The notes under the pieces are model-generated. The model was not told the DNA's origin. It was given only the letters and a program-made list of their open reading frames with translations, and did not search any database. A stretch of DNA of 64,000 nt from Felis catus (Eukaryota). A program made the translations under genes and the position numbers. This document shows positions 11,645-24,067 of the stretch, in pieces; the stretch's first letter is position 1; every line of letters begins with the position of its first letter. The stretch is from contig NC_058386.1 in the NCBI RefSeq assembly GCF_018350175.1, forward strand, positions 126,976,001-127,040,000, in the 5' to 3' direction.

Positions 11645-13498
11645 ATATCTCTCTATAGATAGATAGATCATATCTCATGTTTTTTCACCCATTGATCAAC
11701 ACGTAGGTTGTTTCCATGTCTTGGCTATTGTGAACAGTGATGCAGTGAACATGGGGGTGCAAATATCTTTTTGAGTTCATGTTTTAATTTCCTTTAGATG
11801 TATTCCCAGAGGTGGAATTGCTGGATCATATGGCAGTTCTATTTTTAGTTTTTTGAGGCACCTCCATATTGTTTTCCACAATGGCTGTACCAGTTTACAG
11901 TCCCAGCAAGAGTACACAAGGGTTCCCTTTTCTCCACACTGAGAAGTGGAGAATGCAAAAATACACAAATATGTAAAGTATGTATATAGATAGCTCATTT
12001 CCTTTTCACAACAACTCTGAAATTGGTACTGTAATCATTCTCATTTTATAGGAACTAAGGCTTAGAAGGTCCAGGGTCTCAGCGCCAGAAAGTGGTATAC
12101 TAGGGAGCTAGCCGCTTGTTTCTTAGCTGTGTCAGATGATAACGTTCTTAATGTGACACAGCCTATGGATTTATTTGTAGTAAATTCAACAGGTTTAATA
12201 GATTTAGTCAGGAAGACATAATGCATCAATCTCATCTCTCCATTCTACATTTAAAACTCCTATTGTACAACATAATCTATAGAACAGCGCATATGATATT
12301 AATGAATACATATGGAGTGAGCACCTGTTTAACAGACACTCAGGTTGAAAACATGTGGCTGGCACCCCAAAAACTCTAGAGATGAACGCTGTCCTGAACT
12401 CCTTGCTTTTCTTTTTACTTTTAACAGCAGTTCAATCAGGAAATATTATACTGTCGTTGACCTGCTTTTGAACTTTAAATAGACACACTTGTGTATTCTT
12501 TTGAGTCTTCCCTTTTTTCTCAACTTCTTTCGTATACACGACCATGCGTGTAGTTGTAGTTCCTTTGTTTTCATTGGTGTTTAGAATTCCATCAGATGAG
12601 TATACCACAGTGTTCTTATCCAGGTGATGACTGACACTTGGGTTGGTTCAATTTTTGGCTAATTTAAACACTGCTGATATGAACACTCCATATAAATTTC
12701 CTGGTCCATACATATGCACTTTTTTGTAGGGTCTAGACCCAGGAGTTGAATTGCTGGGTCGTGAGGTTTAAGTGTCTTCAGCTTTGCTGGGTAATGTCAA
12801 ACTGTTACTTGATTTGAAAAACCACTTTCCAAAAGTGATTGTAACTGTTTGCCTCTCCACAGCAAGGGTTGATGTTCCTGATGCTGTACATTCTTGTAAG
12901 CACTTGGTACTGCCAGACCGAAAGTTTTGGTGGTCTGATCGTGGCATCTCACATGGTTTTCGTTGCATTTCCCTGAGTACTGGTGGAATTGAACAGCTTT
13001 TACGTGTGTTCCATGACCCTTCTGGACCTCGTCTTTGATGAAGTCTCATTTTTAATCTTTTGTAATTTTTCTCTTAAGTTGTCATTCTTTTTCTTATTGA
13101 GAGTTGTAAGCATTCTTTATGTATTCTGAATACGAGTTCTTTATTGGTTGTACATTTTGCAGGTATTTTTGCACATTCTGCATTATGTGATTGTCTTTTC
13201 ATTTGCCTTTTGGTGTCTTTTGATGAACGTGTAGTATTTTCAATGTCAATTTTATCGATCTTTACCTAAATAGTTAGTAATTTTTATGTTCTGTTGAAGT
13301 AATTTTTTTTGCCTACCCCACATGCTAGAACTTTGTTGTTTTACCTTTCACATTTACATTTATAAATCCACCCGGAATCGTTTTTGGTGTTTAGTGTTGG
13401 TCGACACTTCTTTCTTTTTTTCCACGTACAATACCCACTTGTCCCAACTCACTTTATTGGATATGCTGTCCTCCCCCCAGTGCTCTGCCATGTGTCAG

Positions 13499-13501
<3 letters not shown>

Positions 13502-13539
<38 letters not shown>
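13502..13539. repeat. (GT)n microsatellite
   Basis: About 19 TG units. Confidence 0.95.
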
Positions 13540-13540
<1 letters not shown>

Positions 13541-14864
13541 AACCGCAACTGCCATCTTGGTTTTTAGGAATTTCTTGGCTGTTCTTTATTATTTTTTTAA
13601 CAGTTTAATAAATTGGCATATCATAAGATACGGTTGTTTAAAGTATACAATTTGATAAATTTTGGCATATACACACCTATAAATCATCACCACAATCAAG
13701 GTAATGAGCACATCTATCACTCTAAAAGTTTCTTCATACCTCTTCATAATCCCTTTTATGCCTCTATCAACCACTGATCTGCTTTTTATCACTACAGATT
13801 ACTTTGCATCTTCTAGAATTATAGATAAATGGAATTATACAGTATGTGTTCTTGTTTGGCTGCTTTCTTGTGCTTAGCATGTTAACTTGGAGGTTCATCT
13901 GTGCTGTTTTTTTTTTTTTTTAAATCAGTTGTTCATTCCTTTTTATTGCTGAGTAGTAATCTGCTGTGTGGATGAACCATTTTGTTTATCCATTTACCTT
14001 TGTTAGATACAGGTTTGTTTCCACTTTGGGGGTAAAACTGCTGTGAACACTTGTGTACAAGTCTCTGTGAATGTATGCTTTCATTTCTTTTGGGTCAATA
14101 CCTGTGAATAATATGGCTGGGGATTATAGGTGGAATGCTTTAATTTCTTAAGAACTTGCCATATGCTTTTCTAAAGTGCCTGTACTATCTTATACCTCTA
14201 CCAGCCCTAACACTTTGGCAGTATGTCGTTTTGATCACAGCCATCCTGGTGGGTGGAAAGTGGTATCTCATTGTGGCTTTAATTTGCATTTCACTAACGA
14301 TTAATGATGTCAGCATCTGTTCATGGGTTTATTTTTGCCATCCATATATCTTTGATGAGGTATCTGTTTTCTTTTCTCCATATTTTTATTGGGATGTTGA
14401 TTTTCTCATAACAGAGTTATGAGAGTTCTTCACTCCAGGTACAAGTTTTATATCAGATATGTGGTTTGCAAATAAATTCTTCTACTCTATAGCAGTTTAT
14501 TATCTTAACAGTAAAGAACAGAAGTTCTGAACCTTGAAATGTAAGTTATTGGCTCTTTCTTTTATACCTGTAGCTTTTGGTGTCATGTGTGAGAATATTT
14601 TCCTGACCCAGGATCACCAAGATTTTCTTCCGTGTTCTCTTCTAGATGATATATAGGTTTAGATTTTTCGGTTAGGACCATGATCCATTGATCCATTTTG
14701 ATTTGCTTTTTGTTTATGTTGCAAGGTAGGAATCTAAGTTCTTTATTTGCATATGATATGTAATTGTGTCCACATGGTTTGATGAATAGACTATACTTCT
14801 CTATACTGAATTGCTTTTGCACTCGTGTCAAAAATCAACTAACTATATATTTCTGAACTTTTTT

Positions 14865-14972
14865 TTTTTAGATTTTATTTTTACGTAATCTCTACCCCCA
14901 CTGTGGGGCTTGAACTCATGACCCTGAGATCAAGAGTCACATGCTCTTCCCACTGAGCCAGCCAGGCACCCC
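14865..14972 (-). mobile_element. Short old-type CanSINE
   Basis: ggggtgcctggctggctcagtgggaagagcatgtgactcttgatctcagggtc head with short A tail. Confidence 0.8.
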
Positions 14973-15133
14973 TGTTTCTAAACTCTTTGTTAAGTTGATT
15001 TGTCTATCTTTGTGCTAGCATCACACTGTTTTGATCACGATAACTTTATAATAAGTCATGAAATCAGGTAGCATAAATCTTACAACGTTGTTTTTCTAAG
15101 TTGATTTGACTGTTCTGGGTACACAGCATTTTC

Positions 15134-15196
15134 TTTTTTTTTTTTTTTTAATATATGAAATTTATTGTCAAATTGGTTTCCATATAACACCCAGTG
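15134..15196 (-). mobile_element. Extremely 5'-truncated feline L1 (3' terminus only)
   Basis: Minus strand actgggtgttatatggaaaccaatttgacaataaatttcatatatt + poly(A); TSD cagcattttc at 15124-15133 and 15197-15206. Confidence 0.8.
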
Positions 15197-15426
15197 CAGC
15201 ATTTTCATATGAAGTTTAGAATAAGCTTGCTGCCAATTTCTACCAAAAGCCTGATATGATTTTGACTGGCATTGCATTGATCCATAAACATGGTTTATGG
15301 ATTGGTTTGGGTTTCTTTTAATTTCTCCCAGCAGTGCTTTGTAGGTCTTGCACATCTTCTTTTTGATGCTATCGTAAATGGTATTTTAAAATATCAATTT
15401 TGGATTGTTCATTGCTTATATATAGA

Positions 15427-15546
15427 AACACAATTGGAACTCACGAACTGCAAGATCATGACCTGAGCCGAAGTCGGACACTCAACCAACTGAGCCACCC
15501 AGGCACCCCTAAAAGTTTTTTTAAATTTTTTTTAAGTTTATTTATT

Positions 15547-15597
<51 letters not shown>

Positions 15598-15762
15598 ATG
15601 AGCGGGGGAGGGGCAGAGAGCGAGGGAGACACAGAATCCGAAGAAGACTCCAGGTTCCAAGCTGTCAGCACAGAGCCCGACTCGGGGCTCAAACCCATGA
15701 ACTGTGAGATCATGACCTGAGCTGAAGTCAGTTGCCCAACCGACTGAGCCACTCAGGCACCC
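15427..15762 (-). mobile_element. CanSINE head fragment plus full CanSINE with (GA)n
   Basis: Partial head 15427-15508 followed by complete copy 15510-15762. Confidence 0.88.
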
Positions 15763-15987
15763 TGCAACCTAAAAGCTTTAAGGGATTTGCTCAAAATTAG
15801 TAAGTGGTAGAGGTAAAATTTGAATCAGGGTCTTTCTGAGTGCAGAGCCTTTGTTCCTTATGTTGTATAAGAGTGGGAAGGAGCTGGATCATCCCAAGGT
15901 AATTACGATCTGAACATTGTTAGAAGTACATGTTTCTGTGTATTTGACAGCTTGTCGACTTGTCTGATATTGGTTTGGTTTTTGTAG

Positions 15988-16063
15988 GTGCACGGGTTTC
16001 ATATTCCAGAAGGTTGGAAAGTTGGCTGCAACCGCTGTGGGAGGTGGATTTTTTCTCCTTCAG
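15988..16063 (+). CDS. FUNDC2: FUNDC2 exon 3
   Basis: TTTGTAG| (W)[25 protein letters not shown] |GTCTGT; 76 nt. Confidence 0.96.
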
Positions 16064-16479
16064 GTCTGTATGTGACGTGTTCCGGGGTGTTTGGAAGTCC
16101 CCCTTGCCCATGGGGAATGTGATGTGAGGAGCCGTACTTGAGTCCTGGCTGTATTACACCAGCACAGCCTTTGCCCTTGTTTTCAGCATACTATCTGAAA
16201 TTCTAGTGAGCATTTGAGTCCACTTTCATCAACTACTAGTCACATTTTATTTCATAATTTATAACAGGGAATATTCCTTATCATAGTTCCCTCATAGGGT
16301 TTTCAAGACCAGTTGAAATATGAAACGTGATTTCAAAAATATGAAGTGTGATGCAAGTACCTTGTGATACTATTATTTTGCCCAGGGCACATTGATCCCA
16401 GAGCAGCCAAGGAGACGAGGGCTAAATGATATTCAGTCTTGTGTGTTTGGCCCGGAGTTGATTTCAGAACTACTGGGTA

Positions 16480-16660
16480 TTGATTCTCTGAGGCAGCATT
16501 TGGCATTGCTTTGCACACCTGACTCCACATTGGAATCACCTGAGGACGTTTAAAGACCGCTGGTGCTTGAGACCTCGTCCCCCCGCCACCGCCCCCCGAT
16601 TCCATAGGAGGTAGATGCAGTTGCCCATCTGAGTACTTGTACACCCCTGGAGAAGCACTG
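16480..16660. mobile_element. MER5-like hAT-Charlie relic
   Basis: cattggaatcacctgaggacgtttaaaga...ctggtgcttgagacc...gagaagcactgc. Confidence 0.55.
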
Positions 16661-18237
16661 CTCTGTAGGGGACAGAACTTGTTGGATTGTGCCACAGTCT
16701 CCAAATTCCTAGCCCTTTGCCTCCTTCCATGGTTGACAGCCCTCACTTCAGCAAGGTCGGTGCTGCCTTCGAACTGCAGGTGCAGTGAGTCTCCCAGATG
16801 GGTCAGGGGAAGAAGGACCGTGCAGGAGGAGGGGGCTGGCACCTGGCGGGCCAGGGTAGAGGCCGGGGCCCGGCTCAGTTGGGTGTAGTATTTCTCTCTC
16901 ACAGTTTCCATGGGTCAGAAGTTCGGGGAGGGGAGGGTGTGTGCTTGTGGCCGGAGGTCCCACGTAGTTACATGGGGGAGGTGGCTGCTTCAGGGCCGGG
17001 CCTCGCTTCGTCTCTCAAGGAGGTCAGACTCGCTGCAAGTCGTGGGCCCCCTCATATCTCCCCCTCTCTCCTTCCTCCTGCCCCGTGGGGCAGAAGTGCA
17101 GTGACAGCTCTCTCCCTGTGCTCCCCCAACCTTGCCCCAGACTCTGTAAATACCTTAATGTTGCTTTCAAATATCTTTTTTCTTTCACCTAAAGCTTTCT
17201 TCACTTGAAGTATAATTGACATACAATGTGAGTTTCAGGCGTACAACAGAACGGTTCAGTATTGATATACGTGACAGAATGTCTCAATCTGAGCGTACCC
17301 TCTGTTTTTTGGAGGGGCAGTGACTGACAGAAGCAATTGCTACTAGAAACGCTTCCTTGCTGAGGGAGGTGAGACCTGGAGAGTCCATGCTGTGCACTCA
17401 CGCTACTGGTCACCAGAGGGATGCGGGTGGCGCTAGGCCTGACGTTTCACACAGGGATCCAGGTTCCTTTCCTTCGTACTCGTCATTGTGCTAGCGGCAT
17501 GTAGTGAGTCTTCCCTCAGTATTTGTAGTGTGGCATCTGTCATATGTCAATCCAGACGTGTGGATCTGATTCGAGTTGTCTGGTCAACTTTCTACTTGAT
17601 AGTTGGTAATACAGGCTCCTCCCCATATCATTCAGGAGCATCGTGGCTGCTTTCATAATTTTTGCTTGTCCTTCTAAATTTTAGAACAGGCTTGTCAATT
17701 ATTTTCAAAAATTCTGTTGAAATTTTTACTGGAATTGCATGAGAACGATATAGATAAATTTGGGGAAAATTAAGATCTTTTATGATAATGTGTCACGTGT
17801 GAATATGTACTTTCCATTTATTTAGGTCTTTAATGTCTTTGCATAGAATTTAAAATTTTTCATCCATATATCCCGTATACCTCTGCCTTGATTTCCTTCC
17901 TAGATACCTTAGGGCTTTAGTTGCACTTGTGGCTTTCCTTGGCCACTCACCCTCAGCCCCCAAACTTTCCAGTTGGACTTAGAATGGCACAACTAATAAC
18001 GTGGGACATCTTTTCCTGTGCTTATTTGCTGTCCACATCTCCTTTTTGACAAAGTGTCTATTCAGGTCTTTTGCCCATTTTTAAATTGTGTTGTCCATTT
18101 CTGTACTTTTTCTTTTGTCCCATTAAAGGGATATTAAAGGGTTGTAAATCCTAAAATCAGGTAGTGTGATTCCTCCAATTCTCTTCTTTTTCAGAATCAT
18201 TTTAGCTGTTCTAATCCCTTTGCCTTTCCGTAGACCT

Positions 18238-18427
18238 TTTATTTTTATTATTTTTTTTTATTTTAGCATGTGAGCAGGGGAGGGAGTAGAGGGAGAGAGA
18301 GATAGAGAATCCACATCCACGCTGAGTGTAGAGCCTGACACGGGACTTGATCCCACTACCCTGAGATCATGACCTGAGCCGAGATCAAGAGTCATACACT
18401 CAACCAACTGAGCCACCCAGGTGCCTT
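18238..18427 (-). mobile_element. CanSINE
   Basis: T-rich tail, body and head ending ccacccaggtgcc. Confidence 0.88.
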
Positions 18428-18790
18428 CCATGTACATTTTAGAAGCAGCTTGTTTGTGTATCTGTAAAACTCCTGCTGGGGTTGGGATCGCAATAACTCT
18501 GTAGCTCAACTTGGAAAGAATCGGACATCATTTCTTCATCAAGTCTTCAATTCCATGTGGATGGCCTGTCTCACCATTTATTTGTTCATCTTTAAATTCT
18601 TCAGCATTTTGTGGTTTTCAGCATGCAGATCCTATTTGATTTTTGTTTCGATTTCTATCTAGTATTTATTTTACAGCTATTATAAATCATGAATTTTATT
18701 CCCATTTCCAGCTGTTTCACTTGCTAGCAAAAAGAATACGATTGATTTTGTGTGTTGCTCTTGTATTCTGCAGCCTTGCTTAAACTCCCC

Positions 18791-19143
18791 TTTTTCCCCA
18801 AATGAGGCAGTTTATTAACACAGCATATGTTTTAATGCTTCTTGTTGGCAGCTGCCACCTGTCTCGCATTCCGTCCACATCTCTCTGTCCCTGAGGTGTC
18901 AGTTTGCAGCCCCCATCTTGGTCCCTTTCCACCATTTTATGCCCCTCTAGGGCTTGGAGGACCCTGCAGGCCACACTCTTTGAGCCTCTGTTGAAGTGGC
19001 TGGGCATGACCCCACTTCTCTGACGTTCCCTGTAGATCTTGGTCATGGAGCTGACGCCAGCGTCAGCCTGGAGGTACAGCTGTCATGCTGTGGAAGCAGC
19101 TCGTGTGTAGAACCAGTTCTCATCATAGGGAGCAAGCTCTTTT
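18791..19143 (-). pseudogene. RPS19: 5'-truncated processed pseudogene of ribosomal protein S19 (eS19)
   Basis: Minus strand: [90 protein letters not shown], then a 1-nt frameshift into QVAAANKKH*; in-frame TGA at 19083-19085, native stop 18832-18834, AATAAA at 18811-18816, no introns. Confidence 0.95.
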
Positions 19144-19530
19144 TTTTAAGTTTATTTATTTATTTTGAGAGGTGGGGGCAGACAGAGGAGGGAGAGGATC
19201 ACAGGCGGCAGTGTGGGGCCTGACGCAGGACCCAAACCCACGAACCGTGAGATCATGACGAGCTGGAGTTAGATGCTTAACTGCCTGAGCCACCCAGGTG
19301 CCCCTGAATTTCTTTTAATGTTTATTTATTTTTGAGAGAGAGAGAGACAGACAGACAGACAGAGTGCCAGTAGGGGAGGGGCAGAGAGAGAGGGAGACAC
19401 AGAATCTGAAGCGGGCTCCAGGCTCTGAGCTGTCAGCACGGAGCCCAATGTGGGGCTTGAACCCACAGACCGGGAGATCATGACCTGAGCCAAAGTTGGA
19501 CACTTAACTGACTGAGCCACCCAGCACTCC
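19144..19530 (-). mobile_element. Two tandem CanSINEs abutting the RPS19 retrocopy
   Basis: Copies at ~19144-19304 and ~19310-19530, both minus. Confidence 0.88.
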
Positions 19531-19919
19531 AGTTTATTTTTTGTGTTGGATTCTTTGAGATTATGTAGACAGAGATGTCTACAAATAGCAACAATTTGCC
19601 TCCTTTCTGATCTGGAGAAGAATTTCAGTTTTTATGAATACTAATGTTTTGTATATTATATGGACTGAAAATACTTTTTCCAGCCTGGTTTGGGTGGGTG
19701 ACTGGTCGGTGGTGCCGTGAAATAAAACAGAGACTAGAGGAAGAGCCACAATGCTCTGTAGGAGACTACAGAGAGGAGAGTTTCAATTTGAGATACTTTG
19801 AGAAATCCAAACTTCGGTGGAGAGAAGCGGTATCAGTGGAAGATTCATTGGTGGGGTATAATCAGTCTCTTCATTCCTGGGACAACATTAATCCATCAGA
19901 AAACAACATACTTGAATCA

Positions 19920-20110
19920 TTTTTTTTTTTAACTTTATTTATTTTCAGAGAGAGCACAAGTGGGAGAGGGGCAGAGAGAGAGAATCCCAGGCAGGCTTTG
20001 CACTGTCAGTGAGGAGCCCCGTGTGGGGCTCGATCTCATGAACTGTGAGATCATGACCTGAGCTGAAATCAAGAGTAGGACCCTCAACTGACTGAGCCCC
20101 CCAGATGCCC
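19920..20110 (-). mobile_element. CanSINE
   Basis: Tail/body/head; flanking tacttgaatcattttt duplicated. Confidence 0.9.
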
Positions 20111-20734
20111 CTACTTGAATCATTTTTATCCTATTCACACATTCTCATTGAAATTGGTTTTTTTTGAGTTTTAGTGTTTGTGTCTGCCGTCTTTATAAAG
20201 AGAAGTAGGCATATTCTATATGTATATTTGGTTGTATTTTTCTCAGTGCCCAGTATATGAAGTTGCTCGTAAGAAATCTCTGTGCAGCCATGTCCTAGAG
20301 GATTTCTTTCTGAGCAACAGCGATGACTACATTGTCAGAAAACTCGTGCTTATGTTGGCTCGAAGGTCAGTAAGGTGTCTTCACCTGAAATCTTGAGTTT
20401 GGGTTTCCATTCTGATTTTCATCTTACCATTTTATATTTTTAAACGAACTTAAAAGTTCTTAGTGAGGGATAAGAGTACAAATAAAGTAAAACAGTTGCC
20501 AGCGGTCACCAAAGGCCAGTCTGTTGATCTGGCATCAGGCATGGGGTCTTGCACATAGGGTGGACACTGAAATGTGGAGTGAATGTCATTGTCATGCAAT
20601 GAACGGGATGGCAGATGTCTCCAGAAATGGAAAATCAGATAGGTTTTTGATAATGTGCTTCAGTGATTAACCCTAGTGAACAGAAATAACAAGCCTATCT
20701 TTCTTATTTCTTGCTGTCATTATTGAAACTCTAG

Positions 20735-20866
20735 CTTGCAAACCATACTGGGTACATCAAGATTGACTGGCAGCGAGTAGAGAAGGACATGAAGAAAGCC
20801 AAGGAACAACTGAAGATCCGTAAGAGCAGCCAGATACCCAGCGAGGTCAAAAGCAAAGCAGAGGAG
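20735..20866 (+). CDS. FUNDC2: FUNDC2 exon 4
   Basis: CTCTAG| [44 protein letters not shown] |GTGAGA; 132 nt. Confidence 0.97.
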
Positions 20867-21159
20867 GTGAGACTGTTTTGTTTGCCTGCAGTGTGAAAAG
20901 TGTCGGCCTTAGATGGAGTACCTTCACCTCAGAGGCCTTGTTTCACAGCCGGGTAATGTGTTGGTGGCCTTTATCAGTGACCAAGAACACAAAGTGATAC
21001 GTGTACGTACGTGGCTGGGTCATGCCTTGAATTTCTTGTGGGAACTGGGGCAGTGTGGCAAATGGGATATAGATGGCTTTAAGTCATACTTTGTCTCCAT
21101 GCACACCCTTCTCTGAAATGTCTATGTTTTACACGTACAGAGAGTAGCAGGAGTATCCA

Positions 21160-21400
21160 GCCCAGAGGTGGGCAAACTTTTTTCATAAAGGGCCAGACGA
21201 TAAATATTTCCAGCCTTGTAGGCCCTGTGGCCTCTGTCACAACTACTGAGCTCCATCACGTTGCATGAAAATACCCACAGATGATATGCAGACAAGTGGG
21301 TGTGGCTGTGTCACGAGGAAACTTTATTTCAAACAGGCAGCCGGCTGGTTTTGGGTTACAGGCTGTATTGTGCCAAGCCTGCTCTACCGCATAGAACCAG
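21160..21400. mobile_element. MER58-like hAT-Charlie element
   Basis: cagaggtgggcaaactttt...taaagggccagacgataaatattt...aaactttattt. Confidence 0.7.
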
Positions 21401-22710
21401 GTCTGGTTATACCGGCTGGCGCTTGGACAGGAGAAGTCCTTCCTTTTCAAAAGACTGTATTTCGCTTCTTCTTTATTACCTCTAGAAATATGTTAAGGGT
21501 GTAAGGAAATAAGTGCACTGCAGTGGGGAGCAAGAAATAAATAGGATCAAGGAGTCAAGAAGGTGCCTTCTACCTTGCACGGCCTGGAGCCATGCTCTTC
21601 TGCATTCACAGAGAAAGGGGTTGGAATGAGTGCAGAGGGAGGATTTAGAGGTAAATTGCAACAGGCCTTGGCCTTGAAATACTGCCAAATGATGGTAACA
21701 AAATAAAACAGGTTAAACCCAGAAGGACCGAGAGAACAGGAAAAGAATGCCAGAAGACAAGAAACGTCAGCAAATTTTCAGAAGTTGAAAAGCAGATGGA
21801 TGAATGGTAAATGAGTTAGCAGACTAGAAAGTACTGAACGGACAAGTCCCCTCACCAGGCGCATAATGGCAGTCTCTCTGTGGTGGTGGGTGGCAGGCCG
21901 AAACTGGTCCTTTGCCCAGAATGGAAAGGAGCATCTGTGAGGGCCCAGGAGTGCAGGTGGTCCCTCCCACTCCTATCCCCCCACCTCAAGCTCAGGGTTA
22001 TGAAACTGACACTGTTTTCATTTTCCCAAAAGTTTATTGTTCAGGTGTTTACAAAAGTAATACATGATTGTTGAAAACTTCTTCAAAGACGTGGGAAGTG
22101 TATATAGTCAAAGGTATTAGCCTAATGTTTGATTAGAACTAACTATTGACTCACAGAGGGAATTTGTTATAAACTAACCAAAAGGTTTGTAATTGATTCC
22201 ACAAATTTTTGTATTCCTGTTCATGGTCTGGAGCTGTCACAGGCCCCGGGGTTAGCGGCTGGTTCCCCCCTCAGAGCCCATGCTCTTACCTGGGAAGCCA
22301 GGGAATGAGGATGAGAAATTCAGTGTTTAGCAGTAAAATCATCAGTGACTTTGGCAACAGCAGTTTTGGTGGGGTGGTGGAGTTGAAGGCCAAATGGTAG
22401 CAAGTTGAGGAATGAGTAGGAAGTAAGAAAAAGATAATGAATGGAAACAATTACTTCAGGAATTCGTATGATTTTTTTCACTCCCCCTGATGGTAGATGG
22501 CAAAAGACAAGGCCTCAAGTCCAGGGGACAAGTGGAACTGACATAGGGAGACGTAGACATAGTGGGAGGAAGAGTGCTAGAGAGCCCCAGAGGAGAAGGC
22601 CGGGGTGTGAGTGGCTTAAATGGTTGGGAGATGAACTCACCACTTTGCTTGAGTTCATGAAATGATTAGGCTGGGATATTGGATGTGTTGTCGCAATGAG
22701 TGCTTTTCAG

Positions 22711-22931
22711 TTTTAATTTTTTTTAATGTTTATTTATATTTGAGAGAGAGAGAGAGAGACAGAGCACAAGTCGGGTAGGGGCAGAGAGAGAAGGAGACAC
22801 AGAATCTGAAGCAGGCTCCAGGCTCCGAGCTGTCAGCAGAAAGCTTGACGAGGGGCTCGAACTCATGAACCATGAGATCATAATCTGAGCCAAAGTCAGA
22901 TGCTTAACCAACTGAGCCACCAAGGCGCCCC
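22711..22931 (-). mobile_element. CanSINE
   Basis: Full-length copy on minus strand. Confidence 0.9.
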
Positions 22932-23338
22932 ATCAGTGAATGCTTTCTAAGGTGATAGTTGTACTTGGGGAAAAGAGGCAGTCTGAATGACTTACCAAAG
23001 GTCTCTCCAATGGAAATTGATAGAGCATGGTCATCGGATCCAAAGGGTGCTGAGTGCATGTTCTGAGCTGCAGATGAGTAGACAGCAGGTAGAGGCTTTG
23101 TGAACTTAAGATATCCTTATTTTAATCATCTTCTGATGCGTTGAGGTGTGAGAATGCAAATCTGTGGCATCTAATTGAGAAGAGGCCTCAGAGGGGAGTG
23201 GGTGGGTAGATGGACAGATGGACTGATGGATGGACAGGATGAGTGGGTAGAGAGATTTGGAGAAAAGACTTCAGAATGAGCAGCCTCTATTGGAAAGTAG
23301 GTGTCAGAGAGAATGGAAGAAGTGAATTTGGAAACTGT

Positions 23339-23504
23339 AGGGGCACCTGAGTGTCTTAGTCAGTTAAGCATGCGACTCTTGATTTTGGCTCAGGTCATGA
23401 TCTCACAGTTTGTGGGTTCGAGCTCCATGTTGGGCTCTGTGCTGACAGTGTGGAGCCTGCTTGGGATCCTCTCTCTTCCTCTCTGTCTACCCCTCCCCTG
23501 CTCT
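23339..23504 (+). mobile_element. CanSINE whose tail runs into an assembly gap
   Basis: Head and body followed by ctct then N run. Confidence 0.88.
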
Positions 23505-23632
23505 NNNNNNNNNNNNNNNNNNNNNNNNNNNNNNNNNNNNNNNNNNNNNNNNNNNNNNNNNNNNNNNNNNNNNNNNNNNNNNNNNNNNNNNNNNNNNNNN
23601 NNNNNNNNNNNNNNNNNNNNNNNNNNNNNNNN
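23505..23632. other. Assembly gap (128 N)
   Basis: N run starting at the SINE (CT)n/poly-A tail. Confidence 0.99.
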
Positions 23633-23989
23633 AGCTGTCACCAGTTTATTGAATACAGCTTTATTCTTTTCCCATAACTTCCCTGTGAACTCTGTCCTTC
23701 CCTGTTCCTGAATGAATTCTCAGGCAGATTTCTTAGCTCTGTAACAGACATTACTGAAGACCGAACCCAAGGAGTTGCCTTTGGCTTCTCCTTCTAATCC
23801 CTCATATGGCTAGTCATCCATTCGAAGTCCCATCTTGAAACCATCTCTTGAATTTCATCACTTCACACCCCTGCTACCGCCTTGATCAGAGAGCCCATGT
23901 TGTGGGGATTGCATAGGGTAAAAGACACGTGATTCCGAATAATAAGGTCCTTAGCAAAACAACCCATTTGTGCTCTGTTCTGTTTCTAG

Positions 23990-24067
23990 GTAGTGTCATT
24001 TGTGAAGAAGAACATTCTAGTGACTGGTGGATTTTTCGGAGGCTTTCTACTTGGCATGGCATCCTAA
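23990..24067 (+). CDS. FUNDC2: FUNDC2 exon 5 (coding part)
   Basis: TTTCTAG| VVSFVKKNILVTGGFFGGFLLGMAS* ; total CDS 136+151+76+132+78 = 573 nt = 190 aa + stop. Confidence 0.97.
   Translation, partial: VVSFVKKNILVTGGFFGGFLLGMAS

Larger units (their letters stand above)
10930..15450 (-). mobile_element. Patchwork of old L1 3' regions in FUNDC2 intron 2
   Basis: T-rich plus strand with L1 phrases (ccatgtcttggctattgtgaacagtg, ggaattgctggatcatatggcagttc, ggtatctcattgtggctttaatttgcatt); ORF 11777-11998 translates as L1 ORF2 C-terminus ([18 protein letters not shown]). Confidence 0.8.
17470..19620 (-). mobile_element. Old L1M relic hosting nested insertions in FUNDC2 intron 3
   Basis: L1 phrases break at ~18790 (attgattttgtgtgttgctcttgtattctgcagccttgctaaactc) and resume at ~19530 (ttggattctttgagattatgtagac). 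Confidence 0.7.

Noticed and set aside
16333-16911. 192-aa minus-strand ORF
   Set aside because: Crosses a MER5-like relic; no recognisable homology.
23505-23632. Gap possibly hiding a FUNDC2 exon
   Set aside because: FUNDC2 CDS is complete without it; the gap begins at a SINE (CT)n/poly-A tail, an ordinary cause.
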